Assembly (NCBI GenBank): GCA_050273025.1
Contig: CP158635.1
Span: forward strand, 12,276,001 to 12,340,000
Length of the DNA: 64,000 nucleotides
Origin: Cenococcum geophilum
Taxonomy: Eukaryota
Direction: 5' to 3'
Below the pieces are notes generated by a model, which saw only the letters and a list, made by a program, of their open reading frames with translations, was not told the DNA's origin and ran no database searches. Position 1 is the first letter of the stretch. The number at the start of each line of letters is the position of its first letter. Of this stretch, positions 51,370 through 64,000 are shown piece by piece. A program made the position numbers and the translations under genes.

Positions 51370-52682
51370 ATGTGGCGGGACCGAACAAACCTGTACGCTA
51401 ATTTCACTCCCTGGGTTGCTGGAATTGGCTGACGTATCCTGAACAGCTTCATTTCCTACCGTCAGTCGTATTCGCACCATCCTGCAAAGAAACCTCGATA
51501 TGGCGGTCCTCCTTCCAGTGGCTTTGGTGATAATGCGCGGGCATCCGAGGAGCGTCGGGGACTCATGTCCGCTAGCGCATTTGAGGATGATGGTGATGCG
51601 GTGATTGAGATGGATTTACTGCCTCCCCGGTGGCTGGACATCCAGGACGAAGTCACAGAATATCTCGCAGACATTTCCAAACAGAACAGAAGGCTGGAGC
51701 AGTTGCATCAGAAACATGTTCTCCCTGGCTTCGACGATGAAGATGTCAAGAAGCGAGAAGAGCAAGAAATCGAGCAGTTGACCCAAGAAATCACTCGTGG
51801 CTTCCAAAGCTGTCAAAAGGCGATTCAGCGGATCGAGATGATGGTGCGTGAGGCAATACAGCTTGGGAATATAAGTAAAGGGGAAGAGACCATGGCCAAA
51901 AACCTTAAAATCTCCTTAGCGTCAAGAGTCGGAGAAGTGAGCGCAATGTTTAGGAAGAAGCAGTCAGCATATCTTAAGAGTATGCTCTTCTCATACCTCT
52001 GTTTGCATGTATGCTTTCCGCCAGTGGCTGATACCAATCTACAGAACTCCGCGCCCTTGGAGGTCTCACCTCGCCTTTTCGCTCTCCAACGCCTATACAG
52101 AATCCCTACAACGACGTAGCCCTCCAAGAGTCCGATGCCGACCGCTCCTTCTCGCAATCTACGCTCCAGCAAACCGCTCAAAAACGACTCACCCATGACC
52201 CAAATGCCACCCTCATTGCGCAGCGCGAACGCGAAATCGAAGACATTGCCCAAGGTATTATCGAACTCGCCAACATATTTCAAGAACTACAAACAATGGT
52301 CATCGACCAAGGCAGTATGCTTGATCGTATTGATTATAACGTTGAGCGTATGGCTGTAGATGTGAAAGCCGCAGACAAAGAACTCACCGTAGCAACGGGA
52401 TACCAACGACGAAGCATCAAGCGGAAGGTTATTCTCCTCTTATTGATCTTAGTCGCAGGCATGTTCATTCTTCTCTCCTTGAAATTAAGTAGAAAGGAAG
52501 GCAGCAGTCCGCTTCCGGCTCCTCCGGTACCCGAAACCCCGGGCTCCCCGCCTGCGCCTCCCCAGTTTGCTGATCGAGGCTCCTTGAGTGCACGAGTAGT
52601 GCCATTGCGACCAAGCAAAGACTGGCATCGACGGAAGAGGAGGTTATGGCAGGGAATGAAGGAAGATGTTATAGCATTGTAA
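51370..52682 (+). CDS. TLG2: t-SNARE syntaxin-16/Tlg2 homolog (3 exons)
   Basis: N-peptide MWRDRTNL/FISYRQS, LPPRWLD, SNARE motif REREIEDIAQGIIELANIFQELQTMVIDQGSMLDRIDYNVE and a C-terminal transmembrane segment. Confidence 0.93.
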
Positions 52683-53267
52683 TCGTGTAATATCTCTGTA
52701 CCATACCTTCCAATGAAAGAAATATTCTTTCAAATGAAAGACCTTTCCTTGCCTCGGCCAAATACAATAATTGTCAATCTGCTCATGCTTGGTAGCGAAC
52801 TTCGCTCCGCATCTGCAGGCGTAAGTTAGTAAATCATTCTCTTGGTCCCGGCATAGTCGCTTCGGAAAAAGACAACCAAATGTCAGAAACCATGATCAAA
52901 AATAGAAATTTGCCGAATCCTCACCTGTTTGAACACTTTTTCTGTACTCGCGTATGCCACCACCCATCCTCTATACTATTATATCGCCATCGCCTATTTT
53001 TTAAAGCCATTTAAAGCCTATATTTCCTATTTTAGTTAGCGCTATAGTGCATAGGAGGAGAGTTAAAGCACCTAAGAATACTGTAAAGAACACTTCTAAA
53101 GCGCCTAAAGAGGTAGACCTTACTGTTGAACCTATACCACCTATACTGACGCCTTTTACTATTATAGAACAGCCCAAAGATCTTTAAACCTTTTTTTAAT
53201 ATAATCGTATACGTCGATACTATAAAGATATTCAGTAATATTCTAGCCACCCCATTTAGAGCCTTTA

Positions 53268-53658
53268 TGTTACGGACGCTTTAAGTACGATGTTACGACT
53301 ACTTAGAGAAGAGCTGGAAGAAGCTAGTTGGTTGATTTAAGCACGGTCCAAGATAGAGCCGATAGAGCCATGTGACAAGGAATAGTAACCAAGGTCACGT
53401 GACGTGATCTATATGATCTGTAGGATCTATATAATCCGTGACAGAGTAGATAAAGTACACATACATTACGTACAAGAAGGATTTTATAGGAGTACGGTTG
53501 TGTATTTAAGGACCCTTAGTCCCTACCTAGATAGTTCCTTCCTTATAGTAATTCTTAGAATATAATTAGAGTTAATCTATTAGGCAACCACTCCACCAGT
53601 TATTATTAAATTATTAACTACTATTATTTGCATTTCCTATATACCTAGCCCAATAACA
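53268..53658 (+). repeat. Gypsy 5' LTR
   Basis: TGTTAC...ATAACA; direct repeat of 63240-63629. Confidence 0.88.
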
Positions 53659-56600
53659 AGCCTATCGTAGTTCCTACTATAAGGTTCCGTTATATAATCA
53701 CTACCTAGTTATAGTATTAAATAATAGAAAGTCAAATAATATACCACTAAAAGTAGCCACTATAACGCTATTAACGGCGGCAACTATATTAAGGTTAGGT
53801 AACGACACTAGTATAGCAGATACTAACTTATAGTAACCTATAACGGTTAGATAACTATAAAAGATAGTTAACTAGCTAATAGAAAATAATATAATGTTAG
53901 AAAATAGGCTTAATAGGATTAGAGTAGCAAAGACTAAATTACTATTAATTAAAAGGTACTTAGGCGAAAAATTTAAACTTAAGGGATTTCTTATATAAAT
54001 GCACTTTAAGGTTATATAGAAAGGGGTAAAACTACCAATACCTATAGATCAAATAGCCTATATGGGACTATTCCTATTAGGAAGAGCACTTAAGTAGTTT
54101 AAGCCTTACCTTATAGAGATATAGGCAAACGGAATAACAACTATTAATTAGGAGGTGTAATTTATATTCTTAAGCTAGGAAGGGTTTATAGAGCGACTTA
54201 TATAAGTATTTAGAGACCTAGAGGCAGTAACTATAGCGGAAAGAAAACTCTAAAATATTATATAACGAACCTTAGCAATTAAGTACATAATATAATTTTA
54301 GACGTTAGTAATATAAGTTAAGTAAAATAATAAGGCGCTTATAGCATAGTATAAATAGGGACTTAAGGCTAAAGTCTAGGACGTAATTATCCTAATAAAA
54401 GATACGGAAACCCTATAGGAGTTAATAGATTAAGCAATTAAGATTAATAATTAGATCTACTAAAGGGAACAGGCTAAGAGAGGTTAGGATAAAGTTTTAT
54501 AGTTATATAAGGTATAGAGTATATAATAACTAAAGCTAAGTTAAAAACTATAGTATAGCGTAGAGCTAATAGACCTAAGTAGTACTAGAGAATCTAGAAG
54601 ATAAAATAAAAAATTATAGAAACCTAAGGGATAAGGATTAAGTAATTAAAGGTCTAAGGAGCAAAGGCCAAATTAGGGATCTTAGCAGTAGAAGATATTT
54701 AGGCAGACTCCATAATAAGAAAAATGGTTTAAAGAGGGAGCTTATATAAATTATAGGAAATAAGGTTATTATATTAGAGACTATAAAAATAGTTAGAGTT
54801 ACTATATAGTAAAAGGGATAAGGCTAGTAGATAATATATACGTATAAAGGGATAATAATATGCTACAAGGAACAAAGGAATATTTAATTAAAAGTTTCGC
54901 GTTTTATTATAATAACATATACCAAATTTATAAGGATGCTAAGTACGGCGCAAGCTATTAGCTATAGGAGCTATACTTAGCAGAGTATAAAGGAACTAAT
55001 AAACTAGTTCACAGATCGGACATTAAGGACGATAAATTTAATAAAGGCGAAACATTTTATAATAATAAGGTAATAAAGGCGGTTTATTAGAAATATATAG
55101 CTATCAGAAATGTTATAATAAAGGTAGAGGATAATTCCACTATAGAATAGGGAATATTAGTAGGGATTAAAACCCCACTAAATACGATGTCTATTGCTTT
55201 ATAAGACGTAAGAAAAGTAGAATAGTAAACTACTTCGGCACTTAATAAAGGTAAAAGGCTACAAGCTTAAGATTTTTAAGACAAGATAAGAGATAACTAA
55301 GATTCTTAAGATAAGATAAGGTAAGCTTAAGGACCTATAATAGACAATAACCGATAGAGCAGAGCAATAGCTTAGTTTAGTAATATATAAATAAGCTTAG
55401 GACGAAGTTTCCTAAAGGTATAAGATTCTTAAGACAAGATAAGTAAGATTTAAGACTCTTAAGATAAGATAAGAACACTAAATAAGCTTAGTTAGACTAA
55501 GGCTGGAGCTAAGCTTAAGTTAGAGGTAAGCTTAGGATTAAAGAATCTAAGGGATTAGGAATTTGGGGTATAAATAAAGACATCTATATATAAAGGATAA
55601 AGGATTAGAGAATCTACGATATAAATAGTAACTAGATTAGGAGACAAATATATAGACCTAGAGGATTTACTAGGGGAATAAAGTATTTAGCCTAAAGATT
55701 GAAAAACTAATACTAAGATTAAAAAGTAAGAAGACTTTAAGGATCTATTTATAAGATATAAACTAAAGGAAACCATAGAAGAGTTTAGATAAAAAATCAT
55801 TATATAGTAAGGACAGAAACTAGATAAGAGATCTAGTATATTAGGATATATAAGGGACAGAGCACTAGTATAAAGAATTACTAATAGGCCTAGGGCAGGC
55901 ACATTAAGAGCTAAGTGGCTTACTAAACTAGAAAACGAAGAGGATTTAGGGATCCCTATTAGGTTTAAAGAACGATATATAAAGGGCTCTTATAATATAG
56001 TAATAAGAAGATACTTCCTTACGGATAAGCCGTATATACTTTAACAGCTATACTAAAAGTGGTATAGACAGCGATATAATAATAAGTAGGAAGATTTCTA
56101 TATATAGCTGGACGAAAAAGTTATCTAAGACCACTTAATTATAGAGAAGGCTATAACGTATATTAAAGAAGCCTTAATTATAATATTAAAGGATCTAAAA
56201 GAGCGTTTAGAGGACTAAAGAAGTAAAAGGCGTATCTTAGTACCTATAAATAAAGTTATAACGTTTAGATTAACATAATAGAGGTTTAAACTTAAAGATA
56301 AAGACGAATTAAGAGTTAACCCGAAGCACTTAGTACACTATATACTATTATAGATTGTATATATAGACAATATATACAAAATGCACAAGAATCTAAAGGA
56401 AAAGAATTGGAAATACCCTATAAGGATATATTAGGCACTAGAAGAGTAATAGTATAGAAATACCAAGTATATATATAGCTAGCATTTAATAGAAGTTTAG
56501 AAGTTAGGAGACTTAATACTTTAACTAGAAAGATTCCTTATAGAAGAATACTTAGATAGATAATAGTAGTGGGAATACCTAGAAAACACGTATCTATAGT

Positions 56601-57478
56601 ATATAGAAGATAAAAAGCAAACTAGGTATTAGCTAAAGAGCGAGCTAAGTATAATAGGATTAAGTAGCTAATAGTTAGAAAAATAGAGGCCTATAGGACT
56701 AAAGGGAGCCAGTAGTAAAGCCTTAGACCCTTAAAGGAATTTAAGGACAATACCTAAATTTATAAGTTAAGTAGTAAGATTAACGGTTTAAAGCACTAAT
56801 AAATAGTAGAGTAACGCGAAACTATAGCTTACTAATAGTAATTAAAAGAATGGGATTACCTTACAAATAGAAGGAGCAACCTTATCTATTAGTTATAATT
56901 TTAGGAGATCTAATAGCCTATAGAGGAGGGATTATTAATCTTAAAATAGGTCCTATTTAGATAACCATTAAAGGAAGACGAATTAAGATGTTTTTTAATA
57001 TCCTACCGTTAGGACGGGATAAGGCAGTATTAGGGATGCCTTAGTTATAGGAATATAATTTAAAGATCGACTAGATTATAGGTTAAGTTAATATTAGAGA
57101 TACTTAATACCGTAAAATATAATAGTAAACTAAGTTAGTATAGTACTAAGTTAGAGCGATATATAAAGAGACTAAGCGAGGCTTAAGTTATATACTAAAG
57201 AGATACTATAAGTATAGCAAGAAGCTATAGAGCCTAGAAAGTAAAAAGCTAGTAGATTATATAGTATGGGACTATAAAATAGAGTTAGAACTAGGAATAA
57301 GTCTAAAGTTTTTTCCAATCTATAAGCTTACTAAGGAAGAAGGTAAAGCACTTAAAGAGTTTATCTAAGAAAATCTATAAAAGGGATATATTAGACTATT
57401 ATAGTTATTAATAGGTTATCTAGTACTGTTTATACTAAAGAAGAATAGGAAACTTAGGTTATACATTAATTATAGATA

Positions 57479-59080
57479 ACGTAGTCGGTAAGCAAGTGGG
57501 CCATGTAAGCATCTGGGCCACCGCAAAACCCCACCAAAAAACCCCAAAATCGGTCTTTAATATCTTAACAACGGCTTAATAATAAATTATAAAATTTTGT
57601 AATTAGATTTTTATACTTACCTTAAGACCTATATTAAAGTTTTAAAGTAATTTAATAAGTGGTTCTTAAGATATAATAATTTGGCTTAGATTTAAGAGCT
57701 AAATCTTAATATATTAATAATAATTCATTGCTTAACGTCCGATTCGGATCCCTATTAGGCCCACGCGGACTACTCCTTATTTACATATAGGGAGAAAACT
57801 CTATTTAAGAAAAATGAGAAAACCCCGTGATCTATCTCCCCGCCTTTTAGGACTCGCCTACTTAGCGCCTATAAGTCGCCTATGGTGCTCTACTACCTTA
57901 CTATTTAACCTTCTTAGGAACTACTGCTACCGTAACAAGCCTATAGACGCGCTAGTATTACAAACTATTACTCTACTACTATAGAGTTACTAGGGGGCAC
58001 CTACTGCTTGCCCCCTTGCCTTCTATTACCATTTCCCTTATAACCCGGAACTGATTTAGCACATTTTAACTAATAAGCCACTGGGTAACCGCCTTAAGGC
58101 CTTTTTGTATTAAGAGCAGTGTATTATAGTTCTCTATGCCAGCTGCTAAGAGCATTATTTCTTAATTGGTGCGTAGGGGGTATAGTAGTATTACGTGTTT
58201 TAGTGTCTATCTTAGCTAGCCACATTCGCATCTTAGGCTACCTACTAGGATACCCACCTAGTAAAGCCAATCTTTTAGTCCTATTATTTCTGTTCTTAAG
58301 AGTGTTACTATTATATTTTCTGCCTTTATTAGGCCTTCTTAGAGCCCTTAGGTATTTACCCCCTATAGCATTAACTATACTATGGCTTAGGTTTGTCTTG
58401 CCTAAGTTAGCCTCTATACCTTTAACTCCCATTCGCCTCTCTAGCATTAGTCCAACCAGTATTATATTACGGTAGATGGTTTCCTAGCATTCTTACGTGT
58501 TCTACTTTAGCTCCTTTCTCTATCTTGCTGTTATCTTTGCTAACCTCTTACGCGTCTCCCTTCCTCCTCTATATAGGCCTGGGCCCTAAAGCGGCACTAT
58601 TCTTCTTCTACTTTCTTTACCTGTTTCTCTAATATCTCTTCCCTACTTTGGAGTTGTTGGTTTATTCTCCTACGGGGCACCCTAGGGTCCCTCCATAGTT
58701 TACTTAAGCGTGTCTTAATGTACTTTATGACATTAGAGTTGCGTTTATTTTGCGTCCTTTATATTACAGCGGCTTTAATATATAACTGTAGGGGGGGAAT
58801 ATTGGATTCCTTCTCAAGCAGTGCTGTGGCCGTTCGCTTATACCCGCCTGTAATACTCCGGAGGCAGGCAGTCTGGAAATCTTAATATATTAATAATGGC
58901 TTAAGTAATTACTCTAAAACTCTAATAGAGGTCTTAAAGTAAGTATAAGAGTCTAATTATAAAATTTTATAATTTATTATTAAGCCGTTGTTAAGATATT
59001 AAAGACCGATTTTGGGGTTTTTTGGTGGGGTTTTGCGGTGGCCCGGATGCTTGCATGGCCCACTTGCTTACCGACTACGT
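57479..59080. mobile_element. pogo/Fot1-type non-autonomous TIR element (MITE ~425 bp, enlarged by a LINE insertion)
   Basis: Long TIRs (>130 bp) starting ACGTAGTCGGTAAGCAAGTGGGCCA and ending GCTTACCGACTACGT; TA on both sides (57477-78, 59081-82); the Gypsy RT frame resumes afterwards. Confidence 0.9.
57722..58876 (-). mobile_element. 5'-truncated LINE (Tad1-like) 3' end
   Basis: Minus-strand relic TLLRTEIIGLKDWL...RCECG...T.KHVIL.(C)P...GLKAVTQWLI...VLNQF, resembling the LINE ORF2 C-terminal Cys/His knuckle. ATT-type tail; flanking direct repeat AAATCTTAATATATTAATAAT at 57701-57721 and 58877-58897. Confidence 0.78.
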
Positions 59081-62000
59081 TAGTTAAATAGCATCACTAA
59101 AAAGGATAGGTATCCTTTACCCTTAATTAGCAAAATCTAAGATAGGATAGACAACGTATAAATCTTTATAAAGATAGATCTAAGATAGGTATACTATTAG
59201 ATTAGAATTAAGGAAGGCAATAAATAGAAGGTAGCTTTTAGGTTAAAGGAAGGACTATATAAGCCATTAGTTATGCAATTCGGGCTTATAAACGCACTAG
59301 TAACGTTCTAGAAGCGTATTAATAACGTATTAGGAGAACACTTAGATAAATTTATTATGGTATACCTTAACGATATTATTATCTGCTTAATAACTAAGAA
59401 AGAACACGGGGAACACGTTAAATGGGTTTTAAAAAGACTATAGAAGAAACAGATGCTAGTAGTAATTAAAAAATGCGAGTTCTTTACTAAGAAGACTAAT
59501 TTTGTAGGATTTATTATTAAACTAGGCTAACTTAGTATAGATCTAAAGAAGATCGAGGCTATAGTAAATTAGTAAGAACTGGAGAACGTTACGCAGTTAA
59601 GATTATTCCTAGGGTTTTACAATTACTGCAGAAGGTTTATAGCGTAATAGTTAAAGAATATTAAACCATTTACGCGATTAATAAAAAAAGAAGAACTATA
59701 GGTATGGGGAAAGGAGTAATAAGAATTATTTAAAAAAGTTAAAGAGTTGTTTACCTAGGAGCCAGTTTTTAAAATCTATTAACTAGGACTAGAAACGATT
59801 ATAAAGACAAATATATTAGACTATATACTAGGGGTATACTTTATATAGAAATACGAAAATAGATAGTACCTAGTGGTATACTATAGTTGGAAGATAATAC
59901 CACTAAAGTTAAACTATAACATTTATAATAAGGAGTTATTAGGTATAGTTATAGTATTAAGAAAATAAAGAGCATTCTTATAAGGTATAGAGAAACTATT
60001 TATAGTTAAAATAGATTATAAGAACCTAATAGGATTCCTAACAATAAAGGAATTTAATTAAAGATAGGTTAGATAGGTAGAGATGCTTATAAAATACTAT
60101 TTTAAGATTTAGTATACTAAGGGTATGGATAATATACGAGCAGACGCTCTAAGTTAAAAAGCTAAACTATAAAATAACGAAAAGCCATTAGGGGCTTTAC
60201 TATAAAAAAATATAGACGGACTAATTAGGTACAATTATCCAAAAATTATAGTAAATTAAGAAGATAATAAACTAAGCAGAATTTATAAATTACTAGGGAG
60301 CTTTTAGAAGTAAAGAATTTTAAAGGTATAGCTAGAAGATCTATAGACGGATATATACAAAAATTAAGAAGTAAAGTATATCCTAAGAAGCATAGTAGAG
60401 TAATTTATAGAGGATTTCTATAAGGGAATAACTTAAGGACATAATAGGGCTATAGGCTTAATATTAAGACTCTAGAAAGAGTATATTATTAATAGAATCT
60501 AAAATATTATAAGAAAAGTTATAAAAGAGTATTTAGATTACTAAAGGAATAAACTAGCAAGGCATAAGCTATATAGAGGGCTATAACCTATTAAAATACT
60601 AGAGAGACTATAGGAGGTTATATTATAGGACTTTATTATAAAATTACTAAAGTTAAGAGACCCTATTACCGAATAAGATTATAATATAATCTTAGTAATA
60701 GTAAATAAGCTTATAAAGTAGGGATACTTTATAGCATATACAGAAGAAATATTAGCGGAAGATATTGCTAAAATTTATATTAAAGAAGTATTTGTAAGAT
60801 ATAGAGCACTAAGTAAAATTATATTAGATAGAGATTTAAGATTTATAGCAGTATTCTAGGAAGTATTCTTAGCAGAATAAGAAGTTAGAGTAGTAACTTC
60901 TACTATATATTATTTATAGATAGACGGTTAAATAGAAAGATTAAATTAGACACTAGAACAGTATCTAAGGCACTATATTAATTATATATAGAATAATTAG
61001 GTATCGCTATTACTAGTTATATAGTTTGCATATAATATAACACCTTAAGAAGGAATAGGCATATTACTATTTAAGGCAAATTATAGATATAAGCTAAAAA
61101 CATCGTTATTACCATAGTAAGTAAAGAAAATAAGTAGTATAGCTAAAGAAAGAATAAAGACATTAATAAATCTTTATATAGACCTTATAGAATTAGTAAA
61201 GAAAGTATAAAAGAGAATAAAAAAGTACTATAATACTAAGAGATCTAAGGGACTAGATTTTAAGGAGGGAGATAAAGTATAGCTATTATATAAAAATTTT
61301 AAGAGTTAACAACTAAGTAAGAAATTAGACTATGTTAGACTAGGACCTTTTAAAATTATATAGAGGATTTTACCAGTTACGTTTAAGCTAAACCTATTAG
61401 CTAGAATAAAGATCTACCCTATATAGTATATTGCAATACTAGAGCTAGTATACAGGAATATTAAGCTACCGGTTTATAAAGTAGATATATATAGAGGATA
61501 GAAAGAAGACAAATAGTAAGTTTTAAAGATTATTAGTTATAAGGACATTAACAATAAAATATAGTATAAGGTTAAGTAGATAGGCTATACTAAAACTACC
61601 TAGAAACTACTAGAAAATTTAAAAAAACGCTATAAGAAAGGTATAGGAGTATTAGAAGAAATTAGGTTAGGTAGTATTAATAAAAAAGGATTGCTAAAGA
61701 ATAAGTTACCTAAGGGGGACCTAAGAAGAGCAGTTGCTAAACTACTTAGATCTATTTCCTTCTCTATTAAAAGAGAATCCGTTTTTTTATTGCCAAGTTT
61801 CTGTAAACCTTATTCTACTAGCTTCTACTTCTTAAAACAGACCTTTTTATAGACCTTCTTAAGACGGATTAGTTAAGCGGACGCCGCAAGATAAGACTTA
61901 AGGGCCCGTTACTAAGTATTAGCAGCCTCCTATTCTACGTTATAAGAATAATATAACTCCGCTAAAGTAATAAACAGTTTATTATCTAGCCGCGTAGTAG

Positions 62001-62590
62001 TAGATTAAATATAAGACCCTAAGACAAATTAATTAGGGAATTAGATAACTATTAAAAGTAATAAGTTATTGTTCGTATTAACTTAATAGTACGAGTAAGT
62101 CGTATCCCGGGGCACGAAATACGTATAGTATCGTATGCTCTTTGGGATAGTGGTAACTATCAATTATATAAAGCAGACTACGTAGTTTATATATTGATGC
62201 GCTTCCCCCCTAATTAGTTAGTGCTTTAGAAGTGCACCAGACGTATAAGTGGGTAGTTAGTGTACTAAACGCGTAAATGCGTACTCGGCGTACTAAACGC
62301 GTAAGCACGCGGTTAGTATAACAGGTGCTATAATTATACACTAGCAGTACTTAGAAAATGAAACCACTTATATATAGCCTCTATAATTGTCTTAATAGAA
62401 CTATAAAACACATAAGAAAATATATAGGAAATCCCTCCTAAGGTGCCTTCTAGGTTGCCTTCCAAATAGTGCTTTAAGCTGGCCGTAAGTCCTGCTTACG
62501 GTCCGTAAAATAAACTATACAGCCTTTTAACGGGCCGTAAATGCACTATATAGCCTTCCGACAGGCCGTAACTAAACCATAAATGCTCCG

Positions 62591-63239
62591 TTAGTCTCGC
62601 TCTACCTATTCTATAACTTTTAGGTTAAGCTTATTCGTATTAATTAGGGTTTTAAGAGCTTAACACGGCTTTGCCTTAGTCATAACGTCTACTAGGTTAT
62701 CTCCGCTGCTGATTTATTTAACCTCCGTAATCTTACGTCGTTTATAGGCCTAACGTAAGCATATTAGGTCGACCATAAGCCTCTTCTCTTATATCGTACC
62801 TAGTTTAACTAGGCAGTTATAGAGGGACTTTAAATTAGTGTATAAAACTAGGGGTAACTACTCTAGTTATAGAATCTTCTAGACCGTTAATTTAATTGCG
62901 GCTGCTATATTAAATCTATAAGCTAGTGTATATAGTTTAGAAGCTAGTATGATACGGGTTACTTATTTACACTTAATTAAAGACTAGTGCAGTATATTTA
63001 CGTCCTAATTGCGGTCTATAAGTACAATTATAAAGCCGATTTATAATAATAGGTCTTTATTATTAGCAAAAGATGCGTCCGTAAATACTAGTAGGCTAAG
63101 GGAATTTAGGTCTAGTGGTACAAAAGTAAGTCCCCTTACTACATTGTTGATTTGCTACTAGATGCGCTTATTAAGCTACTTAATATTTTCTTCTTATAGG
63201 TCTACTGCCTGGGCTGTAAAGGATAGATTATAGGCAGAT
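62591..63239 (-). mobile_element. Copia-type RT-end/RNase H fragment, RIP-mutated
   Basis: Minus-strand relic VFTDASFANNKDL...IGFIIV, GT.(Q)EKRLMVDL.CLR, DN.VD.MTKAKP, ending ..VERD* at 62591; cut at 63239 by a Gypsy LTR. Confidence 0.8.
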
Positions 63240-64000
63240 TGTTACAAACGCTTTAAGTACGATATTACGACTACTTAGAGAAGAGACGGAAGAAGCTAGT
63301 TAATTAATTTAGGCACGGTCCAGGATGGAGCCGATAGAGCTATGTGACAAGGAATAGTAACCAAGGTCACATAACGTAATCTATATAATCTGTAGAATCT
63401 ATATAATCCATAACAGAGTAGATAGAGCACATGTATATTATATATAAGAAGGATTTTATAGGAGTACGGTTGTGTATTTAAGGACCCTTAATCCCTACCT
63501 AGATAGTTCCTTCCTTATAGTAATTTTTAGAATATAATTAAAGTTAATCTATTAGGCAACCACTCTACCAGTTATTATTACGTTGTTAACTACTATCTTT
63601 ATATTTCCTATACACCTAGCCCATTAATAAGCCTATCGTAGTTCCTACTACAAGGTTCCGTTATACAATTACTACCTAATTACGGTATTAAATATAGAAA
63701 GTTAAATAACATGCCACCAAAAGTAGCTACTATAACGCTATTAACGGCGGCAACTACATTAGGGTTAGGGGGTAATACTAGTATAGCGGACACTGACTTG
63801 CAGTAACCTATAACGGTAAGACAATTATAAGAAATAGTTAACTAGTTAATAGAGAATAATGCAGTACTTAAAAATAGGATTAACGGGATAGGCGTAGTAA
63901 AGGTTAAGTTACCATTAATTAAAAGATTCTTAGGAGAAAGATTAAAGCTTAAAGGATTCCTTATATAAATGCACTTTAAGGTTACATAAGAGGGAGTAAA
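63240..64000 (+). mobile_element. Second copy of the same Gypsy: 5' LTR (63240-63629), leader and gag start (ATG 63711); runs off the window
   Basis: Homology to 53268 continues past the LTR end into the leader and gag, so this is a 5' LTR and not the 3' LTR of the first copy. Confidence 0.88.

Larger units (their letters stand above)
53268..62400 (+). mobile_element. RIP-inactivated Ty3/Gypsy chromovirus (5' LTR, gag, protease, RT, RNase H, integrase, chromodomain); 3' LTR not seen
   Basis: LTR 53268-53658 is repeated at 63240. Gag relic from ~53740; RT motifs (DYRQLN-like split at 57478, YLNDII ~59360); RNase H ~59800-60150; integrase ~60430-61100; chromodomain ~61510-61650. Right boundary approximate. 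Confidence 0.88.

Noticed and set aside
52960..53267. Possible additional transposase relic before the Gypsy LTR
   Set aside because: RIP-like composition, but too short and degraded to assign to a family.
53268..63629. One complete Gypsy bounded by the LTRs at 53268 and 63240
   Set aside because: Sequence after the second LTR repeats the leader and gag, no purine tract precedes it, the flanks show no TSD, and it cuts a Copia fragment; it is the 5' LTR of another copy.

Overview
Eukaryotic DNA from a filamentous ascomycete (Pezizomycotina, probably Dothideomycete-like; inferred from the intron-rich genes and the mutation pattern). It has three zones. (1) 1-28.7 kb is an AT-rich block mutated by RIP (repeat-induced point mutation; TpA excess, CpA/TpG loss, coding frames full of stops) made of nested transposons. 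It holds the 3' half of a chromodomain Gypsy, an LTR element remnant, a Copia-type element with a complete same-family copy inserted into it (194-bp LTRs, GGAAG TSD), and a head-to-tail trimer of ~3.6-kb Crypton (tyrosine-recombinase/GCR1_C) elements. Each Crypton carries a 10-unit direct+inverted repeat array, and the third is interrupted by a TA-target non-autonomous TIR element. (2) 28.9-52.7 kb is a gene island: bestrophin/UPF0187 channel, dual-specificity phosphatase, Clr5-domain ankyrin protein, glutamine-dependent NAD synthetase, a large putative F-box gene split by a 413-bp hAT-type MITE, calmodulin and Tlg2 syntaxin, plus small TE relics. (3) 53-64 kb is a second RIP-mutated block: a chromodomain Gypsy whose RT carries a pogo/Fot1-type MITE that itself carries a 5'-truncated LINE, then a Copia RNase H fragment and the start of a second copy of the same Gypsy. 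All domain calls come from manual translation and motif recognition; no database searches were run.
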